DNA from: the human T2T-CHM13v2.0 reference genome, Homo sapiens
Direction: 5' to 3' (one strand)
Assembly: GCF_009914755.1 (NCBI RefSeq)
Contig: NC_060932.1
DNA length: 64,000 bases
The translations under genes were made by a program, and so were the position numbers. Numbering within the stretch: the stretch's first letter is position 1; each line of letters starts with the position of its first letter. Below the pieces are notes generated by a model, which worked only from the letters and a program-made list of their open reading frames with translations, had not been told where the DNA came from and made no database searches. Of this stretch, positions 25,626-39,522 are shown one piece after another.

Positions 25626-28600
25626 TTCATTTTTGGTCAAATGCTTTGCTGTTTACAGCTAAGGGTATAGTCAAGTCTTTGGTTGGTACTGTTATGTTTT
25701 TCTCTCTATGACACAGTAGAACTTCCTGCTGTGAGAGGCAACTTGTGTGAAAGTTTATGTGTCTTGGGAGCGCTAGAAAGAAAACTGAACAAAAGAAACT
25801 GTTCTCACAAACTTTGAGAATTACTCACAAATATATTTGAAGCAATCAACTGCATACTTATGAGCAGAAGTAATGGCCTTCACAGAGAGTAATGAAGAAA
25901 GCATACGCTTTCTTGAGATTTTTAAAGCATTACGAAGAATAATATGCATTTCCTGAAGTGATATACCACACCTTGATTACAGATGTCAATTCTTGAAAGT
26001 ATTGTTTGAGCCTAGTACAGTGTCATGTAGGCAAGCCTAGTTAATAATTACTTATTGAGCTTCATCTGCATACTCTGTACTGTTCATTTAAGCATGAATA
26101 AAAATAGAAATAGCCATCTTTGTTGAATGAATAAAGACAAAATTCATGCACTGAATGATTGTAATGTTTGTTGGTATGATACAATAAAAAATATAAAGCA
26201 ATTAATTCAGAGACAATAGTACATATATTGGCAAATTTCTATTTTATGGAACATATGTTAAGGGATGCTCTTAATTAGACACTTTAGTATTTGGTTTTTC
26301 TTATTGTAATTAAGCTTTAGGGGATTTATTGTGGCTGTATTGGAAATTTAAATGGTTATCAGATATCTGGGCTTATTTATTTGTCTGTTACCTAAAGGCA
26401 GACAATAATTTGTTGAATGTCATAATCACTTTTTCCTATCTGTTGGCATCCAATTTAATAATGTAGTGAACTAGATTTCTAGTTCGAACATATTCTAATA
26501 CAGTTTACTGCATTTACGAGATTTGGGGATGGTTTCTTCATTCAACAACTTTGTTAGTAACATTGAATCGAGATCAAGGTGTTTCAAAGAAGGTCTGTTA
26601 AGAATGTACAATGTAAACTCGCTTTCTGTCCTTGATCAGAGAACAGTTAGAACTCTAACTTTATCTTATATATTACAACCTGTAGAATGGACTTTTTATT
26701 CCACAGGGACCTTCTAAAGTGTCTGGATTCAGTAATAACCCACTTCAAGGTACAAACACAAAGCCTGATGAAAAGGTGTGTGCTCATGGATGCTAGGCTC
26801 ACTCACCTGCCCATTCTGTGTAGGAAGCTCATATCCCTCATAATAGGTTCAGTGGTCAGCAAAATTGAAAAGGACACAGATACTGTGTATCTGTGGATCA
26901 TGCAGGAACACTCAGTGTGGCAAATTGAAATTTGAAAAACAACCAAACAAATATGTAGTGCTCTTTGAAAGCAATATTTAAAGAAACAATATTTTCCAAT
27001 ATCAAATAAAATTTTGTTATCAGATTACCAGCCTTTCAGTATCTTGAGATCTAGTGGTCAGGGTTCTATATTTTCAATGGCATTTGACTTTCAGTGAAGA
27101 ATCACAATCTTTTGTTGGTCTGAGTATTAGACCTCTGTTGAGAGGCAGGAACCTGGGCCTCTCAAAAACAAACATTCAAGCAGGCTGTTTCTACATTTAT
27201 GTTGATACTTGTGAGAATCAAGCTTGTGGAGAATAAGAGATAATGTACGAGAGCTTCCCCACCAGGGAGTTTAAGAATGTACCTCGTCCACATCTAACAA
27301 TATACATTAGAGTGTAATATTACTAATATATGGTATAATAAATTTCACTTATCTACTGTAATGGCTGGTCCAGCAATGATTATATTTTAGAACAAAGCAT
27401 AATAAAGATGTTTCCAAATTGTAATATTGTAGGTAAGATTAGGAAAAATGATATCATGCTTCCTGGAAATCACTGTTGGAAAGAAGGACTAAAAACCAAT
27501 CATATCTTCTTTTTTTTTCTGGAAGGTCAGTGGTTTATTCTTGGCTTTATACATAGGTTTAATCTTCCTCACACTCCCGAGTCAAAATAGAACAGTCCCA
27601 GCATTGCTATTAGTGGGTGATTTCATTATTTCTTATCACCTCAATTCCCTTATCTTTTACAATCAAAAATATTTTTTAAATAACATGTTTTGTTTTTGGA
27701 CTATCATCATCATCATAATCATCATCAGCCTCAATATCATCATTTTATTATTGGCCATTCTTATCCAGAATAATCATGGATAAGATACAACATAACTTAC
27801 AACTTTTTTTAAAAAAAAAAAAACCTCTCAGGCTTATATACTTAGATTATAGGTACTTTGGATGAGGAGGACTAAATGATGTTCCTCATTTCTGAACTTT
27901 TTATATTCCTTTCCTCCATTTCATTATTAGAAATATCTTCTGTATCTGCTGGTTCTAAAAATAAAATCCCCCCAAAACAAACATAAATAGAAAATTCTAC
28001 CACCAACAATGAGGGAATTACTATTAACAGCCCCTTTTTCTTTATTACAAATGCTTGTTTGGGAGGTCTGGCTTCTAAAAAGTCTGCTTATCTAATGAAG
28101 TAGCTCCATATAAATTGAGACTTAACATTATCCAGAAATTTGGCTAAGATTCATAACTGACACACATCTTATTACTGTTAGATGAAATTTCAAGGAAGCA
28201 GACATTTGCCTGTTTCTGATCACATAGCCTCAACTACACATAGTCACATTTAGATTAGAGAAGTTTAAATTACAAATCTTATTTAAAATTTGAGAATTAT
28301 AATGATAAAAAGCTCATAAATAAGAGCATAAAACATATTTAAGAATAGATTATGAGTCTTATACAATAGATTCAGGAACAACATTTCTTTACAGTCAGTT
28401 ATATATGAGGGGATTAACTTTATAATAAGAATTATCACTACATTCAAAAATTAATATTTCTGTTGTGGTAGTAAAATAAATATTAACTCACAATTTAACA
28501 TTGTAGGTCAAAGAACCTATTTATTATTTCATCCAAATGTCCTGATGTAACATTATTTAGCTGACACTTTAGTAGTCTTAAAATAGGATCATATTTTAGA

Positions 28601-29577
28601 AAATTGTCTGTGACAGTGATAAAATAAAAGTGATGTGTGCATTTAACGTTTTATTTTTCAAGTCTGCTGATACGTACTTTTTGGGCCAAATTTAATATTG
28701 ATATATGATATTTAATTCTAGCCCCCTCCTCCCAGAAACCAGTAAAAAAACTGTTCTTTTCAAAGACATCTACAATTTTTTTAAATTTAAATTTTAATAA
28801 AGCCTTGAAAATACATTTTAGTCTATAATTACTTTATGTTTAGCATAAAGGTTTGTGGCTCTGTGTTATAAAATCTACAATTAATATATGTGCCAGTCAA
28901 TTAAAAATAAAACATAAACTAATAAGATTACTTATGATAACATCAGACCTTTAAGAATGGCCCACATATTGGTATCAATGCGAAGATTCCTGCCTAAGCA
29001 TTTCTTGTGTTCCCCAATACACTTTTTCACTCCCTCCTGCATAGTATTACCCAGCTTCCTGACTTCAGGTTCTAGCTTCTAGTTTTCTTTCATTTTCTTT
29101 ATGTCTTGCACATGTACTCCAGACTAATTTCAATCCTGTTCTCATCATGTCATTTTTCATACTCACCAATCTTCAATGGTTCCCTTTTTTCCCCCTATAT
29201 GGTAGTGTCCAAATTACTATTAGGTCTTAAAAGTTTGACATAACCAACCATAAAATGACCTTTGAAATCAAATCTGCCACTATTCTTTTTTTTACATTTT
29301 TCTTTGGCAAGTGTATGTTATTCACTGTCTCTTAAAATAAAGCTGGTCATTCTTGCTTCTATAACATCTCTCTTAATTATCGTTATATCATAATTTCTTG
29401 TCCCTCTCCTCAATTTGTGTTACTTTTAATTCCAGTTGCCTTTCCAGTTACCTTTAATTCTAGGTCCAATTCCTCTCTCACCTCTATTTTGATCATTTCA
29501 AACCACCGTAATGTTGATTCTCAAGCATTCATTACATTATATCAATCTGTTGCATTTAACCTAGTGATGCTTTTTGG

Positions 29578-29702
29578 TATATCTATACTTTTTAATGTAA
29601 TATATGTGATTGATTGTTTCTTGGGCTATCATTTAACTATATCCATACTTTTCTATGTAATATATTTGATTGATTCTTGGGCTATCATTTAATTACATCT
29701 AT
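29578..29702. repeat. Imperfect tandem duplication, ~60-bp unit x2
   Basis: tatatcYatactttt..atgtaatatat.tgattgatt..cttgggctatcatttaa at 29578-29637 and 29638-29693. Confidence 0.9.
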
Positions 29703-29764
29703 TTTTAGAAGCTCTTTAGGGAAGACACTGCCTATTTTATCCTTTGGAATACCGTGCATAAAAG

Positions 29765-29960
29765 TGCATTGATTTTAGAATATGCAATCCTAAAATTTGA
29801 ATCTTGACACCATTACAAGCTTCATGAAGGTCATTCATTTACTTCTCTCAGCCTCAGTGCTCATCTTTAAGAATGAGTAAGACAAATTAATTCAAAGGAT
29901 CACGGCAAGTATAATGATCCTCATCTAAAATACTTAGTACTCAACAAATGTTAGTTTTCC
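29765..29960 (+). mobile_element. MIR SINE
   Basis: tttgaatcttgacacca...cttctctcagcctcagtgctcatct.taa...tactcaacaaatgttag. Confidence 0.65.
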
Positions 29961-31559
29961 CACTTGTGCTATGTAAAATATAGGTGCTCAGTAACTACTT
30001 AGCAAATATACTGACGAACTCATATTTTTTGTTTCCTCTTCATTTAAATAGTAATTCAAGGATGTATCAAAATCAAAGTCCAAAAGATTTGTGAGCTGTA
30101 TGACTCTCTGTGAAAAATTATCTGCAGATAGTAGCTCTTGGGAGGATTTTAGAAGAATCAACTATATCCTGGGCTCAATTTCACATACATAGGGCAAGGT
30201 TACTAAAAAGAAAATCCCCAAACAAGCCCATCATCATCAGGAGCCTAACAAATCTGCCCCAAAGCCAGCTCAGTTAAGCCTGTGTGGAAGACAAATGACA
30301 GCGAGATTCCCACATGATCGCTCCTGTATTTTGATATGAAGTTTGCTGGGCAGGAAAATGCAAGAAATGTTTTATTAATGTGTGGAAGACAGACTTCAAA
30401 CAGAGTACTATAAGTGAGATAACAGGAAAGTAAAAGCAAAGGAAATGGGAGAATTGTCTTTTATTTGGGCCTGTCTAGCACATGAAGCAATAAAAAAGAG
30501 CCTAAATCACATTAGATTGTTAACAACAACAAAACCTGCTTTAACATAATTTTATACACATACACACACAAAATTGTATAAATATATATAATTATAGGAC
30601 TTTGATCTTTAAGTTCATATTTATATACGTGAAAGTACTATAAAGTACATATTTATGAATATATATGTAAGAGTATGTGATTTAAAGATCACTGAAATTA
30701 TTAACCAGTAATACTCTCTGAAAAAACATTTGTATTCAATACTCAATTTGTCAAGGAAATGATTGAAAAGATGTGAGAATTCAATATGAATACATGTATT
30801 AATAATATTCAAACTTTTTTTGACTGGATCAATTTTATGTCAGGAAATATAATCCACTACTTAAAAAAAATAAGAAAAAGGATGTGAATTTCCAAGATAT
30901 CTATGTAAAAGTATCATTTCTCTTATCTTTAAAAAATACTGAATTCTTCCTGACATGCTTTCAAAATATTTATATATCAGGTGTTACTACTTTTCAGAAT
31001 GCTTAGGAAATATTTCAGAGGTGTTATTCACTGTTGTTGATAGGTGTCATTACCATAGGTAAATTAATTAATTCACTTAATTTATTTAAAGTTTTAATTT
31101 GTTTTAAAGGATTAAGTAAGCAAGAATTCCTTCTTGCTTTCAAAGATTTTGATGAAGTAAAATGCTTATTGTTCAACATTCTGGATGAATTTTTGTCTCT
31201 TATTTTAACTCACTTTGCTTTTCTGGTAGTAGTACCTAAGAACATTCATCGGTGCACACATGATCAGCCAGCTATTCTTACACCACTACCCAAGCAAGGA
31301 CAAATCGGATGGACATTTGCTTCTCTTTTCTCCCCCAAAAGTTAAATAATACTTTTAAGACTTCACTTTAGATCCAGAAGCCTATACTAAACCAGCTAAA
31401 TAATTTGACCAATTCACTGAGCAAGAATCAATCAAATCAGTTTTATGTGGTGCTGAAAACACAGCTGGTTGATAACAGAGTGAGCCTCCTTTTCAATGGG
31501 CTGTCTAGACCTTATCCAAGGTGTGGGAATAGGCATGCACAGAGAAGTGTCACCTTGAC

Positions 31560-32468
31560 CTTTTCGTTAAGGCTAATTTTTATAGAAGTTTTAGGTTCAT
31601 AGCAAAATTGGTTGGAAGGTACAGAGATTTCCTATATACCTCCTGTCCCCACTAATGCATAACCTCCCCCGTTATTAAAATCCCCTAGCAGAATGGTACA
31701 TTTGTTACTGGTGATGAACCTACATTGACACATCATAATCACCCAAAGTCCATGGTTTACATGAGGGTTCACTCTCGTACATTCTGTGGGTTTAGAAAAA
31801 TGTGTAATGACATGTACTCACCATTGTAACATACAGATCATTTTCACTGCCTTAGAAATCCTTTATGCTCCACCTATTCATCTCTCCTCCACCCCTTCAC
31901 CTCCGGCAGCTACTGATCTATTTACTGTCTCCACTGTTTTGCCTTTTCCAGAATGTCATATAATTGGAATCATGTTGCATATAGCCTTTCCAGATTGATG
32001 TCTTTCACTTAGTATAATAATATGCATGTAAGTTTCCTTTTTCGTTTTTTAATGGATGACAGCTCATTTCTTTTTAGTGCTGAATAATATCTCATTGTCT
32101 GGATGCACCACAGTTTATTATCCATTCACCTACTGAAGGACAACTTGGTTATTTGCAAGTTTTGGCAATTATGAATAAAGCTATAAACATCTATGTGCAG
32201 GTTTTGTGTAGACATAAGTTTCCAGCTCCTTTAGGTAAATACCAAGGAGCACAACTGCTAGATCACTTATAATAAGAGTCTGTTTAGCTTTGAAAGAAAC
32301 TGCCAAACTGTCTTCAAAAGTGTCTGTCTCATTTTGCATTTCACCAGCAATGAATGAAAGTTTCTGTTGCTCTACAACCTCCCTAGAACTTGGTGCTGTC
32401 AGATTTTCTAGATTTTGGCTATTCTAATAGGTATGTAGTGGTATCTTGTTGTTATTTTACTTTGGCTT
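31560..32468 (-). mobile_element. L1MC1/L1MC2-like 3' end
   Basis: gttttaggttcatagcaaaattg..ggaaggtacagagatttc...gatgaacctacattgacacatcataatcacccaaagtcca. Confidence 0.9.
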
Positions 32469-33620
32469 TTTTACCAGTTGCTACTGCTGTGGTATGGCAG
32501 GAATGTGGCTATGGCCTATAAGACAGAGGCAATGATGTTTGAATATTTTATATATGCTTTAACCTGGATCTACCTACTCTTATCATTGGATTGGGGTAAA
32601 TAAAAATCTCATAAGCTATCTTCAAAAAGAACTCTTGTCAGTGGTGTTTTGTTTTGCTTTGCTTTATCTATAACAGCAACTTAGAGGACCTGGCTCATAA
32701 TGTCAAACCAATTGTCTTAAACTCTTTCATAGTGAATTGAAAGTGGACAGAAAGAAGGAAAGGTCAAATCTATTTAGTCAAGTCTTTGCCTAAAAAAAAT
32801 TTGTTGTGCAAGAAGTTTTATTTAAATTGACAGATGGCTAACGGGAGATCACTCTAGACTGAGGTCTATTGTCTTCAATGTGTTGCTTTATACTTGTTTC
32901 TTGCTTTTTCTTTAAAAAATGGCACTCTGTAGTGTGTTCTGAGACACTGGATTATACATAAGAACTGACAACTTCCAAAACAAATGTCTTTAACTAAGGG
33001 GAGTTATAAGTCAGGATAGCAATGAAATAGATGGCAAATTCTTCCCATCTGTAAATTTTATTTTCCTGAGTATATGTTCTAATCTTAAAAATAGATATAT
33101 CTGTATTCATATATAGATATATATACGTTTATGTGTATATTTATACGCACAAATACCAACACACATTATTAGAGAAGATGCAAATTACCTTCTATTTGTA
33201 CTTTGAAGGCATTCAAATATATTTTATCCACCACTTCATTAAAGTAATGCCTTAAATTACCAACCTTCTGCCTGCTGGACTTTAACCATTCAGAATCAAG
33301 ATTGATCAAGTCAAAGGCTACAGTGAAGAATAAGAGAAATTCTCAAGTGCTGAGTTAAAGATGTCAAAAGCAACAAGAACTTAGCTTACTGACAAGTGGA
33401 AAGGATCAGTGTGTCCAAACTTCACTGGTCAGAGATGTTTAGAAATAGCATTTAAAAAGCAAAAGATGGCAGCTACCCTCATAGTGCATGCTGGGCAGCA
33501 GGAGCAGTGGTGGATGGCACATGGTCTGATGGAGATCAGCGGAGGTCACAGGGATTGAGAAAACCTCAGAAAAGTAACATCAATGAATAGATTTGTAGGC
33601 AAATTCCTTAACTTCTCTGA

Positions 33621-33967
<347 letters not shown>

Positions 33968-34183
33968 CAATGCCAGTCTCTTCATAAGTAACATTGACAT
34001 AATAAGAGTATTGACTTCATAGGGTTATTATATTATTAAAAAAGATATTCATGTAACAAATGAAAAGTGAGCCTGGATGATATTTATTGAATTCTTACTG
34101 TTAGCTCTGTACCATGCAGTGTTTGAGTCAGTGTCTCTCCTGATATCTATGCTTGTCCTTTCTCTATGACTTATGTTGATTGT

Positions 34184-35406
34184 GTAACCAAACGCAGGTC
34201 CAGTCCCTCAACACTCACAGAACCAAATAACAAGGATGAGGTTCAGTGGAAGAAAAATGACTTTATTTTCCAAAGCTAGCAGTGAAGAAATGGTCCAGGC
34301 TCCTACCTTAAAGAAACCATTTCAAATTTTGGACAAAAAACAAAGACTTAAAAAGGAGTGCTTGGAATGCGGGGCATGCAAGGAGGGTGAGGAGGTGCTA
34401 TTCTATGAGACTTGTTCCAACGACTTATCTTGAGTTATTGTCCCATCTGGTAAGTGGGCTAGAACCCTCCTGGGCACAGTCAGGCTGTAAATTAACTAAA
34501 GCCTTGAGGTAATCCCCTGGTGGGCCAGAATTCCACAGGTGCCCAGATTGTTTTAAGATTCAGTCCCCAGAACTTACTTTGAAGCAAGCATATAATTAGA
34601 TAAGGGAAACATTGCTCAGGAGATGCCTGATGGGAAGAAGGAGCAAAGGTTATGACTTCATTACTAAGAAAGGATGAAAAAGGAAAACAGAAAGAAAAAT
34701 TTAAACACATGATAGCAAGGTTGTGGAGAAAAGGAACACTTTTACACTGTTGGTGGGAGTGCAAATTAGTTCAGCCATTGTGGAAGACAGTGTGGCACTT
34801 CATCAGAGGCCTAAGGACAGAAATAGCATTCAACCTGAAATCCCATTACTGGGTATATATGCAAAGGAATATAAATCATTCTATTATAAGAACACATACA
34901 CATGTATGTTTGTTGCAGCACTATTCACAGTAGCAAAGACGTGGAATCAACCTAAATGCCCACCAATGATAGACTGAATAAAGAAAATGTAGTGTATTTA
35001 CATGATGGAGTACTATGCAGCCATAAAAAAGAGCAAGATCATGTCTTTTGCAGGGACATGATGGAGCTGGAGGCCATTATTCTTAGCAACAGGAACAGAA
35101 ATCCAAATACCACATGTTCTCACTTATAAGTGGGAGCTAAATGATGAGAACACATGGACATGTAGAGGGAACACAATGAACACATTTCAAAGAATGGAGA
35201 GTGTAAAGAGGGAGAGGATCAGGAAAAATAACTAATGGGTACTAGGCTTAATACCTGGGTGATAAAATAATCTGTATAACAAGCCCCCATGACACACGTT
35301 TACCTATGTAACAAACCTGCACTTGTACCCTGAACTTACAATAAAAGTTAAAAATAAATAAATAAAATTGTACTTGTTGAGGGAAAAAATAGGGTACTCA
35401 GTTACA
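34184..35406 (-). mobile_element. ERV1-class solo LTR (subfamily uncertain), split by an L1PA 3' end
   Basis: Starts tgtaaccaaacgcaggtccag..tgactttatt.tccaaagctagc and ends aaaaatagggtactcagttaca (TG..CA termini). Confidence 0.65.
34712..35367 (+). mobile_element. L1PA13-15-like 3' end
   Basis: GTLLHCWWECKLVQPLWKTVW (ORF2 C-terminus); 3'UTR gatcaggaaaaataactaatgggtactaggcttaatacctgggtga; A-rich tail. Confidence 0.93.
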
Positions 35407-35504
35407 ATTGTATTACCTGTTGGTGCATTGGATTGTGTGTTATAATATCCCTGTTTGGCCTGGCAATTTTTCCAGCTCACATTCAGCGTTATAATGATGT
35501 ATAG

Positions 35505-35867
35505 CAGCAGCCCCTAACAGTTTTGGCACCAGGGACTGGTTTTGTGGAAGACGGTTTCTTCATGGACTTGGGGGGTGGGGTGGGGGTAGGGGCTGGGAGT
35601 GGGGGAATGGTTTTGGGATGAAAATGTTCCACCTCAGATCACCAGGTATTAGATTCTCATAAGGAGCGCGCAGCCTAGAACCCTTGCATGCACAGATCAT
35701 AATGAGGTTCGCACTCCTATGAGAATCTAATACCTCCGCTGATCTGACAGGATGCAGAGCACAGGTGGTAATGCTTGCTCCCTACCACTCATCTTCTGCT
35801 GTGTGGCTCAGTTCCTAACAGGCCACAGAATGGTACAGGTCCATAGCCTGAGGGTTGGGGACCCCTA
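35505..35867 (-). mobile_element. MER1B (hAT-Charlie MITE)
   Basis: ttttggcaccagggactggttt.gtggaagac...attagattctcataaggagcgcgca...gggttggggacccct; degenerate TSD atgtatag/atgtacgg. Confidence 0.9.
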
Positions 35868-36115
35868 ATGTACGGTGTTATGGGCAAATTAGTGGCCATG
35901 AAAGCCAAGATATTAATAATAATCTATTCTCAGTGCAGAAGTATAGTGAAGTTTAATATAGCATAAGTATCAACCAATCATACCTGATGCTGGCTCAATT
36001 TTAAAAGATACCAGTTATAGACAACTGGAATAGATATACCATTGTGTGTATATAGATACACAGTGACATAAGAGCATCAGTCCTGCCTATGTGATTCCAA
36101 CTTCAGCTAATCTAT

Positions 36116-36774
36116 TGTAGGGAAGTTTCAGCAAGTTGGGGATTTAGAGGCAGAAAGGGAGAAATCTCTTTCCTCCCAATCATAAAGAGTCACAGCCAAT
36201 ACTCCTATAAAACAAAACACAGGTTAATGAGAAAAGCATAACAAATGTATTATGTGCACAGGAGTCATGCAAAATATTGAAAACTGAAAGAAAGGGCCAG
36301 ATGGTTGATGCTTAAATACCCTTTTCACTGGAGGAGAAGCAAGCGTGTATGGGGTGCACGGAGGAGGTTGCTGTAAAACCATGGGCCTGAAGACTATAAA
36401 ATGGTTTGTAAATGATTCTCTTTGGGAATTGAATGGGGTCTAAGAACAGACAGTAGTTTGGGACAAAGTTCATCTACATTCTAGGTGTGATATTTAATTT
36501 TCAGTCTCTTCCTTTGTAAGAGGAATTTTAATCTTCTCTGATTAATGACATTTCAGGGAAGAGATCAAAAATAATTTTGTTTGTGTTTCTAGGTAAATAA
36601 GGGGACATCAGAGAAGAGCCTCATCCTGTGTTTTGGGAGAGATGGAGGATTGAGACAAGGGTGGGTAGGCAGGAGGTCAGAGAGACCTTGAGTTTGCTTC
36701 TTTAGTTGAGCATGTTAAAGCACTGTATTTCAGGGTGTTTGATATTTCAGGGTATCAGTTTCTGAGCCTCAATA
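36116..36774 (-). mobile_element. MER39/MER34-like ERV1 solo LTR
   Basis: acaggttaatgagaaaagcataacaaat.tatt...gaggtcagagagaccttga...gggtatcagtttctgagcctcaata. Confidence 0.7.
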
Positions 36775-37396
36775 GGAGTTTCTGTGAGTGGAAAAGCTTC
36801 TGCTTTCCATTTACTATCATAGGTTTCAAAGCAGAAATCTGCCTACTGATTTTGGATCCCAGGTATAAAAAAAGAAAAGAAGAAAAATAAGAAAAGAAAA
36901 AAGAGGAAAAGATGGAGGAAGAAAGGGGAAAAACAATAAAACTAACCAATTAAACAAACAAACTCATTTCTTCACGTAATATCAGTTTGTTGACTTAATG
37001 TTTTAATGATTAGCTAGCTTAAAATTGGAGTCCCTTGTGTTTAAGGATTCATTAAAGCAGTCAAAAATAGTAAAATAAAATAAAACTATTAAAATGTGTA
37101 CAAAGCTTCCTTCTTAATATGGGTAGGGCAATATTAAGTTCCCAAAGGCAGAGAAGAAAGAATTCCTACAAGGGAACAAAACAACACTTTTTCTTTTAAG
37201 ATGCTGTAAATATTATAAATAGTTTTAAAAAAAGTTGGAAATAAACTTAAACAAATTGGTTTACAAAATCCTGAAAAGCCTGTGAAAATGACAAAAAGAA
37301 TTAAGACATCCAAGAATATGTAGAGACACATGGAAAAGCATTGTATTTTAGATTTAGTAATTAGATACATTTCTCATTAAATGGTTTCTATGTGAA

Positions 37397-37573
37397 AGGG
37401 CAAACTAGACTGAAGTAATTCAACCCAGACCTGCTTGATCCCAAAAGACTGGCACAGGGCAAACTAGACTGAAGTAATTCAACCCAGACCTGCTTGATCC
37501 CAAAAGACTGGCACAGGGCAAACTAGACTGAAGTAATTCAACCCAGACCTGCTTGATCCCAAAAGACTGGCAC
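37397..37573. repeat. Perfect tandem repeat, 59 bp x3
   Basis: AGGGCAAACTAGACTGAAGTAATTCAACCCAGACCTGCTTGATCCCAAAAGACTGGCAC at 37397, 37456 and 37515, all identical. Confidence 0.98.
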
Positions 37574-37961
37574 ATCACATCACAGAAGATTTTCTGGATT
37601 TGTCAGACCTTCTCCAAACCTGGATTATTGGATGCTTGAATTGTGAATGTGGACTTAATGATCTTTCATGAGCATGCATTACCATATCTGGGGCCAACTT
37701 TTTGTAAATCTGTTGGTACTTGGGTCTTCTTAAAGTGCTCTTTTCTATTTCTGCTGGGGTTTCCCCATTTTTCTCCTACAAACACTATGGTGACTTGTGG
37801 GGGTCCCCTTTTGAAGGAATTCATAAATGAAACATAAAGGATGGAGAAATGGAACTTGGAATATCTGGAGTTTAGTTGAAACCTCAGAAACTTTGGTGCT
37901 GTTAGCCTAGGGAGCCTGATGTACCAAGAGGATAGATACAGATATTGATAAAAGAATCAAA

Positions 37962-38590
<629 letters not shown>

Positions 38591-39399
38591 TTATCTGACA
38601 AATTAAGCCCAGGAAGTCCACTGCTCGAATAGAAACAAAACATTACTTGGAATTAACTTAAAAATGGTGATGACTGAGATCTGTGTAGATTGAAGATTTG
38701 TACAAGAAAGTCTGAATACTGTATTAGAATATCATCTAAATATATTATAGACTACATCAAATATTTCCCAGGTCAGGAATTCATGGGGTAAAACAATTTA
38801 TTAACTAACGAGACACAATGTTATATATAGCTTATGACATCATGAAGTCTAAACTGGCCTAGATGTGTACCCAGAGAAGTTTGTATGTATTCCAAAGGGC
38901 CAGCTTTTTGTAGATGCAGATTCCCTAACACAGTTAAGCTAATTAGTGTTGTTAACTACACAGAGTTAACAAGAAAGCCATATTGGGTCAGGGGCTCCAG
39001 TTCTTTTGTTTAGGATACTAGGTCAATTGCAAAATAATGGTTGTGTTGTAAGGCACAATATTTAGCATACTAATTGCAAAAGTCTCCTTAGTGTTTGACC
39101 CGTTTGGACAATATCTAGAAGAAGGGTTAGAGTAGACCTGTAATCCCAATTTGCCAGAAATAATTGCTTCAGAAGTGTCTGATATAAAGCACAGGAGTCT
39201 TTATATCAGACTACAGGCAGTCTTCACTGTGCATGGCCTGTCTAAATAACACTTGTACATACCAAAATAGTTTCATCATCTTGTATGGTTTCACTGTACA
39301 AAGCAAGGACACAGTTCTGACATGCATGACTTCCCAATAATAATACCATGCAAAGCAAGGACTACGTATAGTTACTCTAGGATGTAGTAGGTCACAGGT

Positions 39400-39522
39400 A
39401 GGTGGCAATACAATTTAGCATTTAAATTGAGATTGCTTTGAGAGTGAAATAGGCTCTATCAATTATTATACAGGGATAACAGTTATAAATCAAGGCTGTT
39501 CCTGGTAAACATATGGTCACTG
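39400..39522 (+). mobile_element. MER94-like hAT-Blackjack MITE
   Basis: ctttgagagtgaaa.aggctctat.aattattatacagggataacag..ataaatc..ggctgttcctggtaaacatatggtcac. Confidence 0.65.

Noticed and set aside
26708-26750. 43-nt exon candidate (ttttattccacag|...aag|gtacaa)
   Set aside because: Weak donor and no homology; such matches are common in AT-rich DNA.
37397-37573. CRISPR-like array
   Set aside because: The units abut with no spacers, there are no cas genes and the context is eukaryotic. It is a plain tandem repeat.
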